64,000 nt of DNA from Gemmatales bacterium. Lineage in GTDB: Bacteria; Planctomycetota; Planctomycetia; Gemmatales; HRBIN36. The stretch is from assembly GCA_041640595.1 (NCBI GenBank), contig JBEPZY010000002.1, forward strand, positions 114,984 through 178,983, given 5' to 3'. Under the pieces are notes generated by a model. The model ran no database searches and was not told the origin of the DNA. It saw only the letters and a program-made list of their open reading frames with translations. Shown in pieces: positions 42,314-53,214 of the stretch; the first letter of the stretch is position 1, and every line of letters begins with the position of its first letter. Position numbers and translations under genes: made by a program.

Positions 42314-42681
42314 CGCAACACTCCCAAATGGCGCGTCTTCTCGGCGTCTTGCTATAAAAATACGCAGGGCAGGCGGCACCGGCTGCGTAAGTGCAGGATT
42401 ACAATGCGGACAACCGAAAACGGAACTTTTTTGCGAGTCCCACCCCAGCGAAAATCAACAATACTTTGCAGGACAGCCATGGCAGCGACCGCAGGCGGCA
42501 CCGGTTTTTCGCTGCCCTATTTTGAACCGAAAAACGCACACATGCCGATGTGGTACGCCGCAGGCCTGGCACCTGTGCTCTGCAAGTCGGTCAGCGCCTA
42601 GCGGATCGGCTCTGGTGATGGCGACCCGCCGGGCAGCCGTGCCAGCTTAGCCTTTCGCACGCAGACACGGCAAGCTCGCCC

Positions 42682-42956
42682 ATTCTCACTCCTGGCTGAC
42701 GAAATCGCCATTCGCTTCGTGGGGCATTTGGGGTCGTCGACCGTGACCGCGCCTATTCTCGCTCCTAGCTGACGAAATCGCCACTCGCTTCGTGGATGGC
42801 CTTTGTCCCGGAGGCCGCTCATTCTCGCTGCCGGACTTCTGGGTCGGATGCTGTGGACTCGCGCCTCGCAAAGACCAACACCGCACGACCGAACCCGCCA
42901 CGAGGGCAGGCCGACCACGTGGATGCTGTGGACTCGCGCCTTGCAAAGACCAACAC
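42682..42956. repeat. Two adjacent degenerate tandem repeats (periods 73/66 and 75)
   Basis: ATTCTC.CTCCT.GCTGACGAAATCGCCA.TCGCTTCGTGG at 42682 and 42755 (partial at 42821); GGATGCTGTGGACTCGCGCCT.GCAAAGACCAACAC at 42846 and 42921. Confidence 0.88.
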
Positions 42957-42963
42957 AGGGGGA

Positions 42964-43146
42964 TTGCCTATTCTTGGACGTGCCTTGCAGATCATCGGAC
43001 TGATCCTGGTTCCGGTGGCCGTGGCTGGAAACCTAGCCGAAATCGCGCACGCACCGGTGGCCTTGAGTCTGGGCGAATCGCTGCTGGTGTCGGTGATCGG
43101 CATCAGCTTGTTTTACCTCGGCTGGCTGCTAAACAACCGCGGCTGA
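42964..43146 (+). CDS. Small two-TM membrane protein (60 aa)
   Basis: TTG start immediately after a G-rich stretch (start uncertain); two hydrophobic helices (ALQIIGLILVPVAVAG and LLVSVIGISLFYLGWLL). Confidence 0.65.
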   Translation: MPILGRALQIIGLILVPVAVAGNLAEIAHAPVALSLGESLLVSVIGISLFYLGWLLNNRG

Positions 43147-43469
43147 GTCATTGAGGACCACGGCGACTGGTTTGACCGATGTAGCGACGGTGTCGGGCAC
43201 AGTGAGTGGTCAACATTCCGACGCGATTTCTGACCGCTAGTTTGGAGAGCACCACACGGGGTGATGTGGCGCCGGGCCGAGTACACCTTCAGGCTCTAAT
43301 GACGCCACGCTGGTGCGTCTCGATAACTTTTCGTTGGCACGTCTGGAATGGGGCCGACGCATGGATATTCTGTCTTCGAGACATGTAAGGTCCTGCGGCC
43401 TTAGAGGTGGCAAGCTTGCGGGAACCGAACCTTCACATCAAGTTAGACGCGAGAAAGGGAGGGCAAGAG

Positions 43470-44990
43470 ATGACCCAGGCGAGGCAGCCGACGCGGCGGG
43501 AGATGTTGCAACAGACGGCGGTGAGTGTGGCCGGACTTCTCGGTGGGCAGATCGGTTTCGCCGAGCAGCAGCGCGATCTCATTCGCCACGAAAACGAAAA
43601 ACCGGGCACCACTTCCTGGTTGCTGGAAAACACCCGCGTGGACCCGCCGACCAAGTACCGCTGTCCGTGGATTGAGGGATACGTTTCGCACACCAGCATT
43701 CGCGCCGGAGAGAAATTGAGCATCTTCGTCAGCACCAACCCGCCTTCGCCGTTTGTCATTGATATTTACCGGCTGGGTTACTATGGCGGTAAAGGTGGTC
43801 GGCATCTTTTGCAGCTGGGGCCATTCCAGGGGAAAGTGCAGCCGGATCCGGCAGTCGGTGTGGAACGGCTGCGGGAATGCCAGTGGGAACCGTGTACGAC
43901 CCTGACCATTCCCAACGACTGGCCGAGCGGCGTTTATCTCGGCAAACTCACCGCCGAACGCGAAAAATTGCAGAGTTACATCATCTTCATTGTCCGGGAC
44001 GATCGCCGCTGCGATTTCCTTTTCCAGTGCAGCGACACCACCTGGTGCGCGTACAATCGCTGGCCCAGCCAGTGGTCGCTTTACGATGACGGCAAGAAAG
44101 TCTGGTACTGGGGGCCGAACGTCCGCGTCAGCTGGGATCGCCCTTACGGCAAGTATTGCCAGATTTTCGATGCGCCGTTGTCGCAGGGTTCCGGCGAGTT
44201 TCTGCTCTGGGAATTTCCGCTGGCGTTCTGGATGGAGAAGGAGGGGTACGACGTTTCCTATATCAGCAACACCGACACTCACCGCGATCCCGCCGGCTTG
44301 CTTCGTGCCAAGGCGTTTTTATCCGTGGGCCACGATGAATACTGGTCGCTGGAAATGTTCCGCAACGTCGAAGCCGCCATCCAGAAGGGGCTGAATGTCG
44401 CCTTTTTGAGCGGCAATACCTGTTACGGGCGAATCGAATTTTACCCCAGTCAGCGAGGACAGCCTCTGCGAGCTTTCGCGCGGGTCGGCGTGTTTGGCCC
44501 CTTGACCGAAAACGATTACAAAGGTTTTCCGGAGATGCGGCGGTTCAAATATCTGGAACCGGACGCCCGCTTTTTGATGGGAGCAGCCAGCGTCTGGCCG
44601 GTCACAGGCGGAGCGGACTGGATCTGCGTGGACGAAAAACACTGGCTTTTCGAAGGCACCGGCATGAAAAACGGCGACGCCATTCCGGGTCTGGTCGGCT
44701 GGGAGTGGCACGGCAATCCCGCGCCGATTCCCGGACTGCAAATCGTGGCCCGCGGCAAACTGTTCAGCCGCAACAGTCCGGGCGAATACACCGCTACCAT
44801 TTATCCGGGGCCGAAGGACAATTTCGTCTTTAACGCCGCCACTATCTGGTGGGCAGAGGGACTCAGTTCGCCGCCGGGTCATCTTCTGCCTTCCGCTCAC
44901 GGTGCCAAACCGCGAGGCCCGGACCCGCGGGTGCAACGAATTACCCGCAACCTGTTCGAGCGATTTCGGCAATCGCCCGGCCCGGCATAG
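43470..44990 (+). CDS. Tat-exported N,N-dimethylformamidase beta-subunit-like (DUF6605-type) protein
   Basis: TRREML Tat-like signal; IYRLGYYGG.GGR, SGVYLGKL, TW.AYN, FLSVGHDEYWS, FLSGNTCY motifs. Confidence 0.8.
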   Translation: MTQARQPTRREMLQQTAVSVAGLLGGQIGFAEQQRDLIRHENEKPGTTSWLLENTRVDPPTKYRCPWIEGYVSHTSIRAGEKLSIFVSTNPPSPFVIDIYRLGYYGGKGGRHLLQLGPFQGKVQPDPAVGVERLRECQWEPCTTLTIPNDWPSGVYLGKLTAEREKLQSYIIFIVRDDRRCDFLFQCSDTTWCAYNRWPSQWSLYDDGKKVWYWGPNVRVSWDRPYGKYCQIFDAPLSQGSGEFLLWEFPLAFWMEKEGYDVSYISNTDTHRDPAGLLRAKAFLSVGHDEYWSLEMFRNVEAAIQKGLNVAFLSGNTCYGRIEFYPSQRGQPLRAFARVGVFGPLTENDYKGFPEMRRFKYLEPDARFLMGAASVWPVTGGADWICVDEKHWLFEGTGMKNGDAIPGLVGWEWHGNPAPIPGLQIVARGKLFSRNSPGEYTATIYPGPKDNFVFNAATIWWAEGLSSPPGHLLPSAHGAKPRGPDPRVQRITRNLFERFRQSPGPA

Positions 44991-45069
44991 GATTTGTGCT
45001 GGCGTGGTTGGCACGACGCATGTTCGCTGCAAAAAGCGCCATCCGCGATGCAGAAACGCACATTCACAA

Positions 45070-46332
45070 GAGCGGCGGGCGTCAGCCCGCCGTGGCTCGG
45101 ATTCGCACTTGCAACGGCGACCCGCTTTTGCGCACTGATTACGTTTCGCACCGCACAGTCGCTTCCCGTGCCACGGCTGGCTCACGCCAGCCGCTCCTGC
45201 TTGCGCGACGTGTGTTCGGCGAGCAAAAGCGATATTTGCGATGCACAAACGAACGTGCATAAGAGCGGCGGGCGTCAGCCCGCCGTGGGTCGAATTCGCG
45301 CTTGCAATCGCGACCCGCTTTTGCGCACTGATTACGTTTCGCACCGCACAGTCGCTTCCCGTACCACGGCTGGCTCACGCCAGCCGCTCTTGGTGCACGA
45401 GGTGTGTTCGGTGTAAAGGGCGCGATCTCTGGTGTGGACGCGCACGCCCACAAGAGCGGCGGGCGTCAGCCCGCCGTGGGTCGGATTCGCGCTTGCGACG
45501 GCGACCCGCTTTTGCGCACTGATTACGTTTCGCCCCGCACATTCGCTTCCCGCACCACGGCTGGCTCACGCCAGCCGCTCTTGGTGCGCGACGTGTGTTC
45601 CGCGAGCAAAAGCGACATTTGCGATGGACGAACGAACGTGCACAAGAGCGGCGGGCGTCAGCCCGCCGTGGCTCGGATTCGCCCTTGCAAGGGCGACCCG
45701 CTTTTGCGCACTGATTACGTTTCGCCCCGCACATTCGTTTCCCGCGCCACGGCTGGCTCACGCCAGCCGCTCTTGGTGCACGACGTGCATTCGCTGTAAA
45801 GGGGGCGATCTCTGCTGCGGACGCGCACGCCCACAAGAGCGGCGGGCGTCAGCCCGCCGTGGCTCGGATTCGCACTTGCAACGGCGACCCGCTTTTGCGC
45901 ACTGATTACGTTTCGCACCGCACAGTCGCTTCCTGCGCCACGGCTGGCCCACGCCAGCCGCTCTCGGTGCACGACGTGTATTCGGTGTAAAGGGCGCGAT
46001 CTCTGCTGCAGACGCGCACGCCCACAAGAGCGGCGGGCGTCAGCCCGCCGTGGGTCGGTAACGCATCTGCAATGGCGCCCACCTTCTCCCGCTAAACACA
46101 TCTGCCCAGCACGATCCGCTCCCGCACCACGGTGGGCTTACGGCGACCGCTCCTGGTTGCACGTGCGCTTATTGTTGCAGAACTGCGTTTGGCCGTGAGC
46201 GAGTCGGTTCCCGCACCACGGGGGGCTTACGCCCCCCGCTCTTGGTCGCCAGCGCGGACGCCATTGCAGGTGTACGTTTCGTAGCCGCGAGAATGCTAAC
46301 CTTCGCACGGGGGGGGCTTACGCCTCCCGCTC
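45070..46332. repeat. REP-like hairpin array, cluster 6 (14 copies; about 192-bp doublet unit repeated 5 times)
   Basis: Alternating inverted hairpins at 45070/45171, 45263/45364, 45454/45555, 45646/45747, 45837/45938, then 46028, 46127, 46216 and about 46306. Confidence 0.96.
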
Positions 46333-46618
46333 CTGGTTGGCGATCGTGGTGGCGTGCATCATGGGCGCGAGCGAGTTCCGGTGTCCTCACGAACACGTAG
46401 CACCGAACCGGCGCTAGCGACCCCTCCGTCCGCAAACGAGATACTTCATGGCACCTGCCCCACGAGCGGGTAGCACCGAATCCACGCTGGCCAACATTCC
46501 GGCGGGTTGCTATCCCCTTGCCAGGCGTCCAGCGCTAGCCCGAAAATTCCGTCAAACAACCACCTATTCTGACCCTGGCGGGCAGTGTGTCGGTTCACCC
46601 ACTACGATACCAGTGGCA

Positions 46619-48844
46619 ATGGATAGCAACAACGATCATCCCCTGCTGCAAAGTGCCCAATATGTGCGGGGAGTCGGGCCGGCGCGGTTTGCGTTATTGA
46701 ACCGGCTCGGCATCCAGACCGTGCAGGATCTGCTTTTTTACCTGCCGCGTGACTACGAGGATTTGAGCGATCTGCGCCGGATTGCCGAACTCGAACCGGA
46801 ACGGTTGCAGACCGTGGTGGGCGAGGTGGTGGAAATTCGCAGTCGCACGACCCGGCGGGGGATGAACGTGCTCTCGGTGGTTGTTCATGACGGCAGCGGA
46901 GTTCTGGAAGCGGTCTGGTTCAATCAGCCATACCTCGTTCATAAATTCCGCTACGGTCAGCGACTGGCAGTGAGTGGCAAACCGAAACGCACCGCATCGG
47001 GATTCTGGCAAATGGCCCATCCGCGTGTGCAACCGCTGGAGACGGACGAAACGCTTTCCGCAGAAAATGCCAGAGTGCTACCGATTTATCCGCTCACCGA
47101 GGGACTGCGCCAGGAACAATTGCGGCGGATCATTCGCCATGCCGTCGAACAGTATGCCTCGCTGGTGCCGGAAATCCTGCCGGATGAACTGCGGGGGCGG
47201 CGACAATTGCCGGACATCGGGCAAACCTTGCGGCAACTGCATTGTCCGAGCTCGTTAACCGAGGCGGAGCAGGCGAGACGACGGCTGGCGTATGAGGAGT
47301 TTTTGCTGTTGCATCTGGCGCTGGCCCATCGTCGGCGCGATGTCAATGCCCAGCTGCGTGCTCCCAAGATGCTGCTGAGCCGCGCTCTCGATCAGCGTAT
47401 CCGCCGATTGTTTCCCTTTGCCCTGACGCGGGATCAAAACCGTGTCGTGGCCGAAATTGCTCGCGATCTCGCCAGCGATAAACCGATGCGGCGATTGTTG
47501 CAGGCCGACGTCGGGGCTGGCAAAACCGCAGTGGCTGTGTACGCTCTGCTCGTCTGCGTGGCCAACAAATACCAGGCCGCCCTCATGGCCCCGACGGAAG
47601 TGCTGGCGCGACAGCACTGGCACACGCTCAACACTTACCTCGCCCACAGCCGGGTCAAACGCGTTTTGCTGACCGGCTCGCTCAACGAACGAGAACGCCG
47701 CATGGCCCTCGGAGAAATCCGCATGGGTCAGGTGGACCTGGTCATCGGTACCCAGGCCCTGATTCAGAACGACGTGGAATTTGCCCGGCTGGGTCTGGTG
47801 ATTATTGACGAACAGCACCGGTTTGGCGTGCTGCAACGTGCGCAGTTTCGCAATCTCGGCGGGGATGAGCGATTCCAGCCGCATTATCTGGTCATGACCG
47901 CCACGCCGATTCCCCGCACCGTGGCGTTGACCCTGTTCGGCGACCTGGACGTAAGCATCATCCGCGAACTGCCCCCCGGTCGCCAGCCCGTCCAGACCAA
48001 ACTCGTTCCCGAAAGCAAACGCGCCGAACTGGAAAAATACCTCCGCCAGCAAGTCGAACAGGGCAGGCAACTGTACGTCGTCTGTCCCCTGGTCGAAGGA
48101 GAATCAGCCGAAGACATCGCCGGCGAACTGTACGAGACGGTCAGCCAGCCGACAGAGATCGCCGCCGAGGCTGATTCTTCCCCGGCCGATAACAGCACAC
48201 CGCCACGCGAGCCATTTTCTGCCCGGAACGCCACGCACTACAAGAGTGCCGAGGAGCATTACGAATATCTGCGCCGCGGGCCGTTTCGCGGTCTGGCCGT
48301 GGGTTTGCTCCACGGTCGGCTCGACGATCGCCGCAAGGATATGGTGATGGAGCAATTCCGCCGCGGCGAAATTCAGGTGCTGGTCTGCACGACGGTGATC
48401 GAAGTCGGCGTGGATGTGCCCAACGCGACGTTGATGGTGATTGAACATGCCGAGCGATTCGGTCTGTCGCAGCTGCACCAGTTGCGGGGGCGGGTGGCTC
48501 GCGGACCGGTTGCCGGCGAGTGTTACCTTTTCGCAGACCTGTCCAGCGAAACCAGCCGGGAACGGTTGCGGTTGTTCGTCAAGACAAATGATGGCTTTGA
48601 ACTGGCCGAAGCGGATGCTCGATTACGCGGAGTCGGTCAGTTTTTCGGCACCCGCCAGCACGGGGCAAGCGAACTGCGCTACGCTCACCTGATCGGCGAT
48701 GTGGAACTGCTCGAACTCGCCCGGCAGGATGCTCTGGAACTCACCCGCTCCGATCCCGGCCTGCGTCATCCAGCACATCAGGGTCTGCGCCAGGCGGTCT
48801 TGCGTCAGTACGGCAGCCGACTCGATCTGGCCGAGATCGGCTGA
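46619..48844 (+). CDS. recG: ATP-dependent DNA helicase RecG
   Basis: RLLQADVGAGKT, DEQHRFG, MTATPIPRT, EHAERFGLSQLHQLRGRV, and an N-terminal wedge domain; start re-called to ATG 46619. Confidence 0.96.
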   Translation: MDSNNDHPLLQSAQYVRGVGPARFALLNRLGIQTVQDLLFYLPRDYEDLSDLRRIAELEPERLQTVVGEVVEIRSRTTRRGMNVLSVVVHDGSGVLEAVWFNQPYLVHKFRYGQRLAVSGKPKRTASGFWQMAHPRVQPLETDETLSAENARVLPIYPLTEGLRQEQLRRIIRHAVEQYASLVPEILPDELRGRRQLPDIGQTLRQLHCPSSLTEAEQARRRLAYEEFLLLHLALAHRRRDVNAQLRAPKMLLSRALDQRIRRLFPFALTRDQNRVVAEIARDLASDKPMRRLLQADVGAGKTAVAVYALLVCVANKYQAALMAPTEVLARQHWHTLNTYLAHSRVKRVLLTGSLNERERRMALGEIRMGQVDLVIGTQALIQNDVEFARLGLVIIDEQHRFGVLQRAQFRNLGGDERFQPHYLVMTATPIPRTVALTLFGDLDVSIIRELPPGRQPVQTKLVPESKRAELEKYLRQQVEQGRQLYVVCPLVEGESAEDIAGELYETVSQPTEIAAEADSSPADNSTPPREPFSARNATHYKSAEEHYEYLRRGPFRGLAVGLLHGRLDDRRKDMVMEQFRRGEIQVLVCTTVIEVGVDVPNATLMVIEHAERFGLSQLHQLRGRVARGPVAGECYLFADLSSETSRERLRLFVKTNDGFELAEADARLRGVGQFFGTRQHGASELRYAHLIGDVELLELARQDALELTRSDPGLRHPAHQGLRQAVLRQYGSRLDLAEIG

Positions 48845-48934
48845 CGACACCGACAACCTCGCGCCCGGAACAAACCCATCTGCTGGCATCCCGACGGTGC
48901 CGAGCGGATAACCTGGACCAGCCTGCTGAAAGCC

Positions 48935-49624
48935 ATGCCGATTCTGGGTCTGCGGATCGGGGTAATCATCCCGGCACTCAATGAAGCCGAGGCATTGCCC
49001 CAGGTCCTGGCCGAATTGCCCCGCGAGGTGGATGAAGTGCTCGTCGTGGACAACGGTTCCAGCGACGGCACTGCGGAAGTGGCTCGCGCGTGTGGAGCAC
49101 GAGTCGTGTGCGAACCGAGACGGGGTTACGGCTCGGCCTGCCAGCGCGGACTGGCGGAACTCGGACCGTGCCAGGTCGTCGTCTTCCTCGACGCCGACCA
49201 TAGCGATTTTCCCCAGGAATTGCCCCGCTTGATTCAGCCCATCGCGGAAGGACGTGCGGACCTGGTCATTGGCAGTCGCGTTCGCGGTCAGTGTCAACCG
49301 GGGGCCCTGACGCCGCATCAACGATTCGGCAACGCCCTCGCCTGTACCTTGCTTCGCATCCTCTGGAATCAACGGGTCAGCGATCTCGGCCCGTTTCGTG
49401 CCATCCGCCGCGAATGCCTCCACCGCTTAAACTTGCGCGACCGCAATTATGGCTGGAACATCGAAATGCACATTCAGGCGGCCCGGCTGGGTCTGCGGGT
49501 CGTCGAAGTGCCCGTTTCCTACCGACGCCGAATCGGCCAGAGCAAAATCAGCGGCACTGTTCGCGGCAGTCTGGCAGCCGGAGCGAAAATCCTCTGGACG
49601 ATCTTCCGCCACAGTCTCGCCTAA
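48935..49624 (+). CDS. Glycosyltransferase family 2 (DPM1-like)
   Basis: VIIPALNEA, VVDNGSSDGT, FLDADHS, RIGQSKISG. Confidence 0.92.
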   Translation: MPILGLRIGVIIPALNEAEALPQVLAELPREVDEVLVVDNGSSDGTAEVARACGARVVCEPRRGYGSACQRGLAELGPCQVVVFLDADHSDFPQELPRLIQPIAEGRADLVIGSRVRGQCQPGALTPHQRFGNALACTLLRILWNQRVSDLGPFRAIRRECLHRLNLRDRNYGWNIEMHIQAARLGLRVVEVPVSYRRRIGQSKISGTVRGSLAAGAKILWTIFRHSLA

Positions 49625-50097
49625 TCCTGTGGACTGACGGTGATGCTCTCGGCATCGCTCGATTCCGGTAATTGCCCGGCCGGTTTGAGGAGCGGGAAAC
49701 GTTTCAGCAACGCTTCAATGTTTTCCAGGCGGCGATTGGTTTCCTGCAAGCGGGCGTTGGTCTGTGCCATTTCCTGCCGCGTCAACTGCAATTCGCTCTG
49801 GATGGCGTCGAGCCGATCGGTAACCGGTGCCAGGCAGCCCATGCAAAGGGCCAATCCCGCTCCCCATCCCAGCCGCCAGCAACAACGCCATACCCCGACC
49901 AGACGTGTCCACCAATCACCTGCCGACCACCGGCCAGGTATCACGCACCGCTTGCCGCCCACCGAGGGTCGTTTCCCTCGGCCCCACCTGCCGTCCTGAA
50001 GGCAGAGGAAGGAACTCTTCCTCTGCCTGCCTCGCTCGCCCAACGTTTGACAGCTGACTGACACAACACCGTCCTGGCGACCAACCGGCTGGCTCAT
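49621..50097 (-). CDS. Putative small coiled-coil lipoprotein (start uncertain)
   Basis: Lipobox-like LALCMGC followed by a heptad coiled coil; GGAGG before ATG 50097, but the N-terminal half looks non-coding. Confidence 0.5.
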   Translation of the reverse strand: MSQPVGRQDGVVSVSCQTLGERGRQRKSSFLCLQDGRWGRGKRPSVGGKRCVIPGRWSAGDWWTRLVGVWRCCWRLGWGAGLALCMGCLAPVTDRLDAIQSELQLTRQEMAQTNARLQETNRRLENIEALLKRFPLLKPAGQLPESSDAESITVSPQD

Positions 50098-50421
50098 TGC
50101 CCGTCCCTCCCGCTAAATCCAATCGGCCAGACGAGGTGCGCGACTGCAACGATTTTGCTCAAACTTCCGCCCGTACCACCCGCGAAAACGATGAGTCTTG
50201 GATGTCGCTTGGCTTGGCCCCGGTGCCATCTCGGCGCTAGCATCATCCACGAAAATCACGAGACTTTGACTTCGGTTTGCATTGCCCCGGTGCTATGTCG
50301 CACGAGCATCGCCCACTGAAATCGCGAAGTAAGGGATGTGCACGAAAATCCGGCTTGCTCAACCGCACGCCTCACGCAACCCATGAGAGCCCACACTTTA
50401 CTCAAGCGTTCCTCGACGGGA

Positions 50422-50535
50422 TCGCCGCAACGTCAGCGCTCATATTCGCCGTCGCAGGCGTGACCCTCCTTTTTATGCCCGGCCCCTGCCGCTGGGTCGC
50501 CGCAACGTCAACGCTCATATTCGCCGTCGCTGGTG
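50422..50535. repeat. Degenerate direct repeat, period 75
   Basis: TCGCCGCAACGTCA.CGCTCATATTCGCCGTCGC at 50422 and 50497. Confidence 0.85.
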
Positions 50536-50750
50536 CACAATGTTTTGTCGCTGCCGGTCTTTCACCCGGCCGGCCGCTGAAAACACCGCCGAGGTCAGCG
50601 CAGACACGACCACGATGGCTCGGAAGACCGCTGACAGTACGTGTGCCGACCACCGTTGCATTCGCGTGGTGTGGCACCCCGAAAACAGTCGGAAACAATG
50701 CCCCTGGAACTGCCGCATGCCAATCACCGTTGCCATCCCGTGCAGCGATA

Positions 50751-50900
50751 CCACGGGGGGCTTACGCAGATGCACAGGTGTTCGTCCTCATGGTCGGGGG
50801 AGTTTGCATTTGCGTCCAGCGGCGCCACGGGGGGCTTACGCCCCCGCTCTTGTGCTGCGATGCGAATGTCTGCCGGCGAAAAAACGATTTTTGCGATGCA
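50751..50900. repeat. REP-like cluster 7 (one truncated and one full hairpin, plus a shared spacer)
   Basis: CCACGGGGGGCTTACGC at 50751 and 50825, followed by the reverse of the 'GCATCGCAAAAATCGTTTT' spacer family. Confidence 0.8.
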
Positions 50901-51356
50901 CAAATGCACCGCAAGAATGGTCGCAATGTTTTCTTGCCGAAGGAGGCAGAATTGAGAGGTTTACTGTGGAAAATTAGCAGCATCCTTGCAACTGCGTTCC
51001 TGTGGAAGGCTGCGCTTAACACCGGCACGTGGAGCGGTTAGAATAAGGTTTTCCGACAGGTCTCCGGATAAAACGATGGATGCAGGGTCGGAGACCCATC
51101 AAGCGATGGGAGCATTGCGAAGTTCTGCTGCTGGACATGGCAGCGAGCTCGGTGGAGCGGTACTCCGATGCAGGCGACGAGGCGAAAAAATCCTTGTGCC
51201 ACCGGGTGAAGAGCCAGGCGGCGTATCCGGCAGCGAGCGCGGCATCTCGCTGACAGCTCTATCGCTGCCCGATACGCCACAGTGGAGTACCCAGCAGCGA
51301 GCGGGGTGCTTGTTGGCCTGGCGGCTCATGGAAACGCCTACCGGGAACAATCACGT

Positions 51357-52208
51357 ATGGGTCAAGCCTATATAGTCCGCTACGGTGCCTTGCGATCGCT
51401 GGGTGTTTTTGAGGCAGGCGAAGATGTGCCACCGCTCAGGCGGGGAAATAGCGTCATCGTGGAAACGGAACGAGGCACGGAAGTCGGGGAAGTGCTGTGC
51501 CCGGCTACGGAGCAAGCCAAGAAGCTGCTCGGCGATCCACACGTGGGGAAAATCCTGCGACCGACATCTCCGGAAGATGCCAGCCGGCTGGCGAAATTGC
51601 ACGGTCAGGAAGAACACGCCTACCAGGTCTGTCAGCGGTGGATAGAACGGCTGGCGTTGCCGATGCATATTGTGGACGTGGAACAGCTGTTTGGCGGAGA
51701 GCGGGTGGTGTTTTACTTCCTGGCCGAACCTCCGGAATCCCGCGTGGATTTTCGGGAACTGGTGCGGGAAGTGGCCCGGGAATTGCGGCAGCGCATTGAA
51801 TTGCGGCAGATTGGTATCCGCGACGAAGCCCGTTTGCTGGCGGACTACGGCGACTGTGGTCGGCCAGTGTGTTGCAACTCGTTTCTGGTTACCATGCCGC
51901 CGGTCTCGATGCGAATGGCCAAGTTGCAAAAGGCCACTCTCGACCCGACCAAAATTTCCGGTCGCTGCGGACGCTTGAAATGTTGCCTGCGCTACGAATA
52001 TGAAATTTACGAGGAATATCAGCGACAGTTACCGGCGGTGGGAAGTCAGGTGCTGACGGCTCAGGGAGAGGCTACCGTGCTGGCTCAGGAAATTCTGGCT
52101 CAGAAAGTCCTGCTGCATTATACCGATGGCCGAACCTTGCTCGTCGAGGCCAGCGCTATCCTGAAGCAACTCCGTGGTCCCGATCCGGAAAGCGCTGCGG
52201 AGCAGTAA
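51357..52208 (+). CDS. PSP1/YaaT (RicT) family Fe-S protein
   Basis: VIVETERG, RVDFRELV, IELRQIGIRDEA, GDCGRPVCC, KISGRCGRLKCCLRYE. Confidence 0.92.
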   Translation: MGQAYIVRYGALRSLGVFEAGEDVPPLRRGNSVIVETERGTEVGEVLCPATEQAKKLLGDPHVGKILRPTSPEDASRLAKLHGQEEHAYQVCQRWIERLALPMHIVDVEQLFGGERVVFYFLAEPPESRVDFRELVREVARELRQRIELRQIGIRDEARLLADYGDCGRPVCCNSFLVTMPPVSMRMAKLQKATLDPTKISGRCGRLKCCLRYEYEIYEEYQRQLPAVGSQVLTAQGEATVLAQEILAQKVLLHYTDGRTLLVEASAILKQLRGPDPESAAEQ

Positions 52209-52250
52209 TGCCGCCGGTGCTCACTCCGGCCTGCTAAACGAGGCTCAACC

Positions 52251-52679
52251 ATGCCTATGCGTCATCCGGCGATTATCGAGATTTGCCGCAAAGACCCGCG
52301 CTACGAATACGAGGCCTACGAATTTGTTTTCGATGCCCTGCTGCATACCCAGGAAATGCTCGGCAAGGTTCCCAAAGAGGAAGAGGAAGGGAAATCTGCC
52401 GAGGAACAAGGCGACTACCACGTCACCGGTCAGCAACTGCTGCATGGCATCTGCGATCTGGCGTTGCGCCAGTTCGGGCGCATGGCCTGGACGGTTTTTC
52501 GCCGCTGGGGGATCACCAGCACCGATGACTTTGGCGAAATCGTCTTCAACCTCATCGAAGCCGGGCTGATGAGCAAGCGTCCCGAAGATTCCCGAGCCGA
52601 TTTTCACAACGTCTTTGACCTGGAACAAGCACTGTCGCACTATGAAATCCAGCTCGACGAACTCGGATCGGCCAGCTGA
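52251..52679 (+). CDS. Minf_1886-type conserved PVC-superphylum protein
   Basis: DPRY..EAYEFV, HVTGQQL, FG.MA..V...WGI..T.DFGEIVFNLI..GL motifs. Confidence 0.82.
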   Translation: MPMRHPAIIEICRKDPRYEYEAYEFVFDALLHTQEMLGKVPKEEEEGKSAEEQGDYHVTGQQLLHGICDLALRQFGRMAWTVFRRWGITSTDDFGEIVFNLIEAGLMSKRPEDSRADFHNVFDLEQALSHYEIQLDELGSAS

Positions 52680-52737
52680 GACCGCCGACAAATCAGATGG
52701 GAACACCGGCTCCAGCACCGGGCAGGCGAGGCGGAGA

Positions 52738-53187
52738 GTGCGAGCGGTTGGGCTGATGCTGTGCGTTTACGCGGCCTGGCTGGTGGCGCTGATGCTTCTG
52801 GCGTGGAATTCGCCCAGAGACGTCGTATCGCGGGGACAACTGGCCTGGGCGACTGTGCTGGTGCGCGGACGGGTATTGCCCGACGGGGAAGGCGGCTGGC
52901 AGGTGCATGTGCTGGAAATTCTCCAGGGACCTGGTGATGGCACTCTGCCGATCGCACCCGGCCAGCGTATCCACGTCCCGCAACTGGAGCAGGTTGCCGG
53001 ATGGGAAGGGGTCGGCGAGTATGTTCTGCCGCTCCGAGCACAGGCTTCCGGATGGCAGATTGCCGAGGTGCCCAACTCCCTGGGACTGATTTCCCGCATG
53101 GAACCGCGGCGACGCATTTATCCGGCCAGCGCGTCGGTATTGCGGCAGATTCAGGCAAGCCAGCACGTTCGTGGTGAAACGCGGTGA
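52738..53187 (+). CDS. Hypothetical membrane-anchored protein
   Basis: N-terminal TM helix followed by an OB/beta-like segment; GTG start uncertain (ORF is open from 52615). Confidence 0.55.
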   Translation: MRAVGLMLCVYAAWLVALMLLAWNSPRDVVSRGQLAWATVLVRGRVLPDGEGGWQVHVLEILQGPGDGTLPIAPGQRIHVPQLEQVAGWEGVGEYVLPLRAQASGWQIAEVPNSLGLISRMEPRRRIYPASASVLRQIQASQHVRGETR

Positions 53188-53214
53188 TGGCGGTTGGCGT
53201 GTCGTTGATGCCCG

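Noticed and set aside
25257..46332. REP arrays as CRISPR arrays
   Set aside because: Repeats occur in both orientations, spacers are 61-98 bp and recur as families across loci, and no cas gene or leader is present in the window
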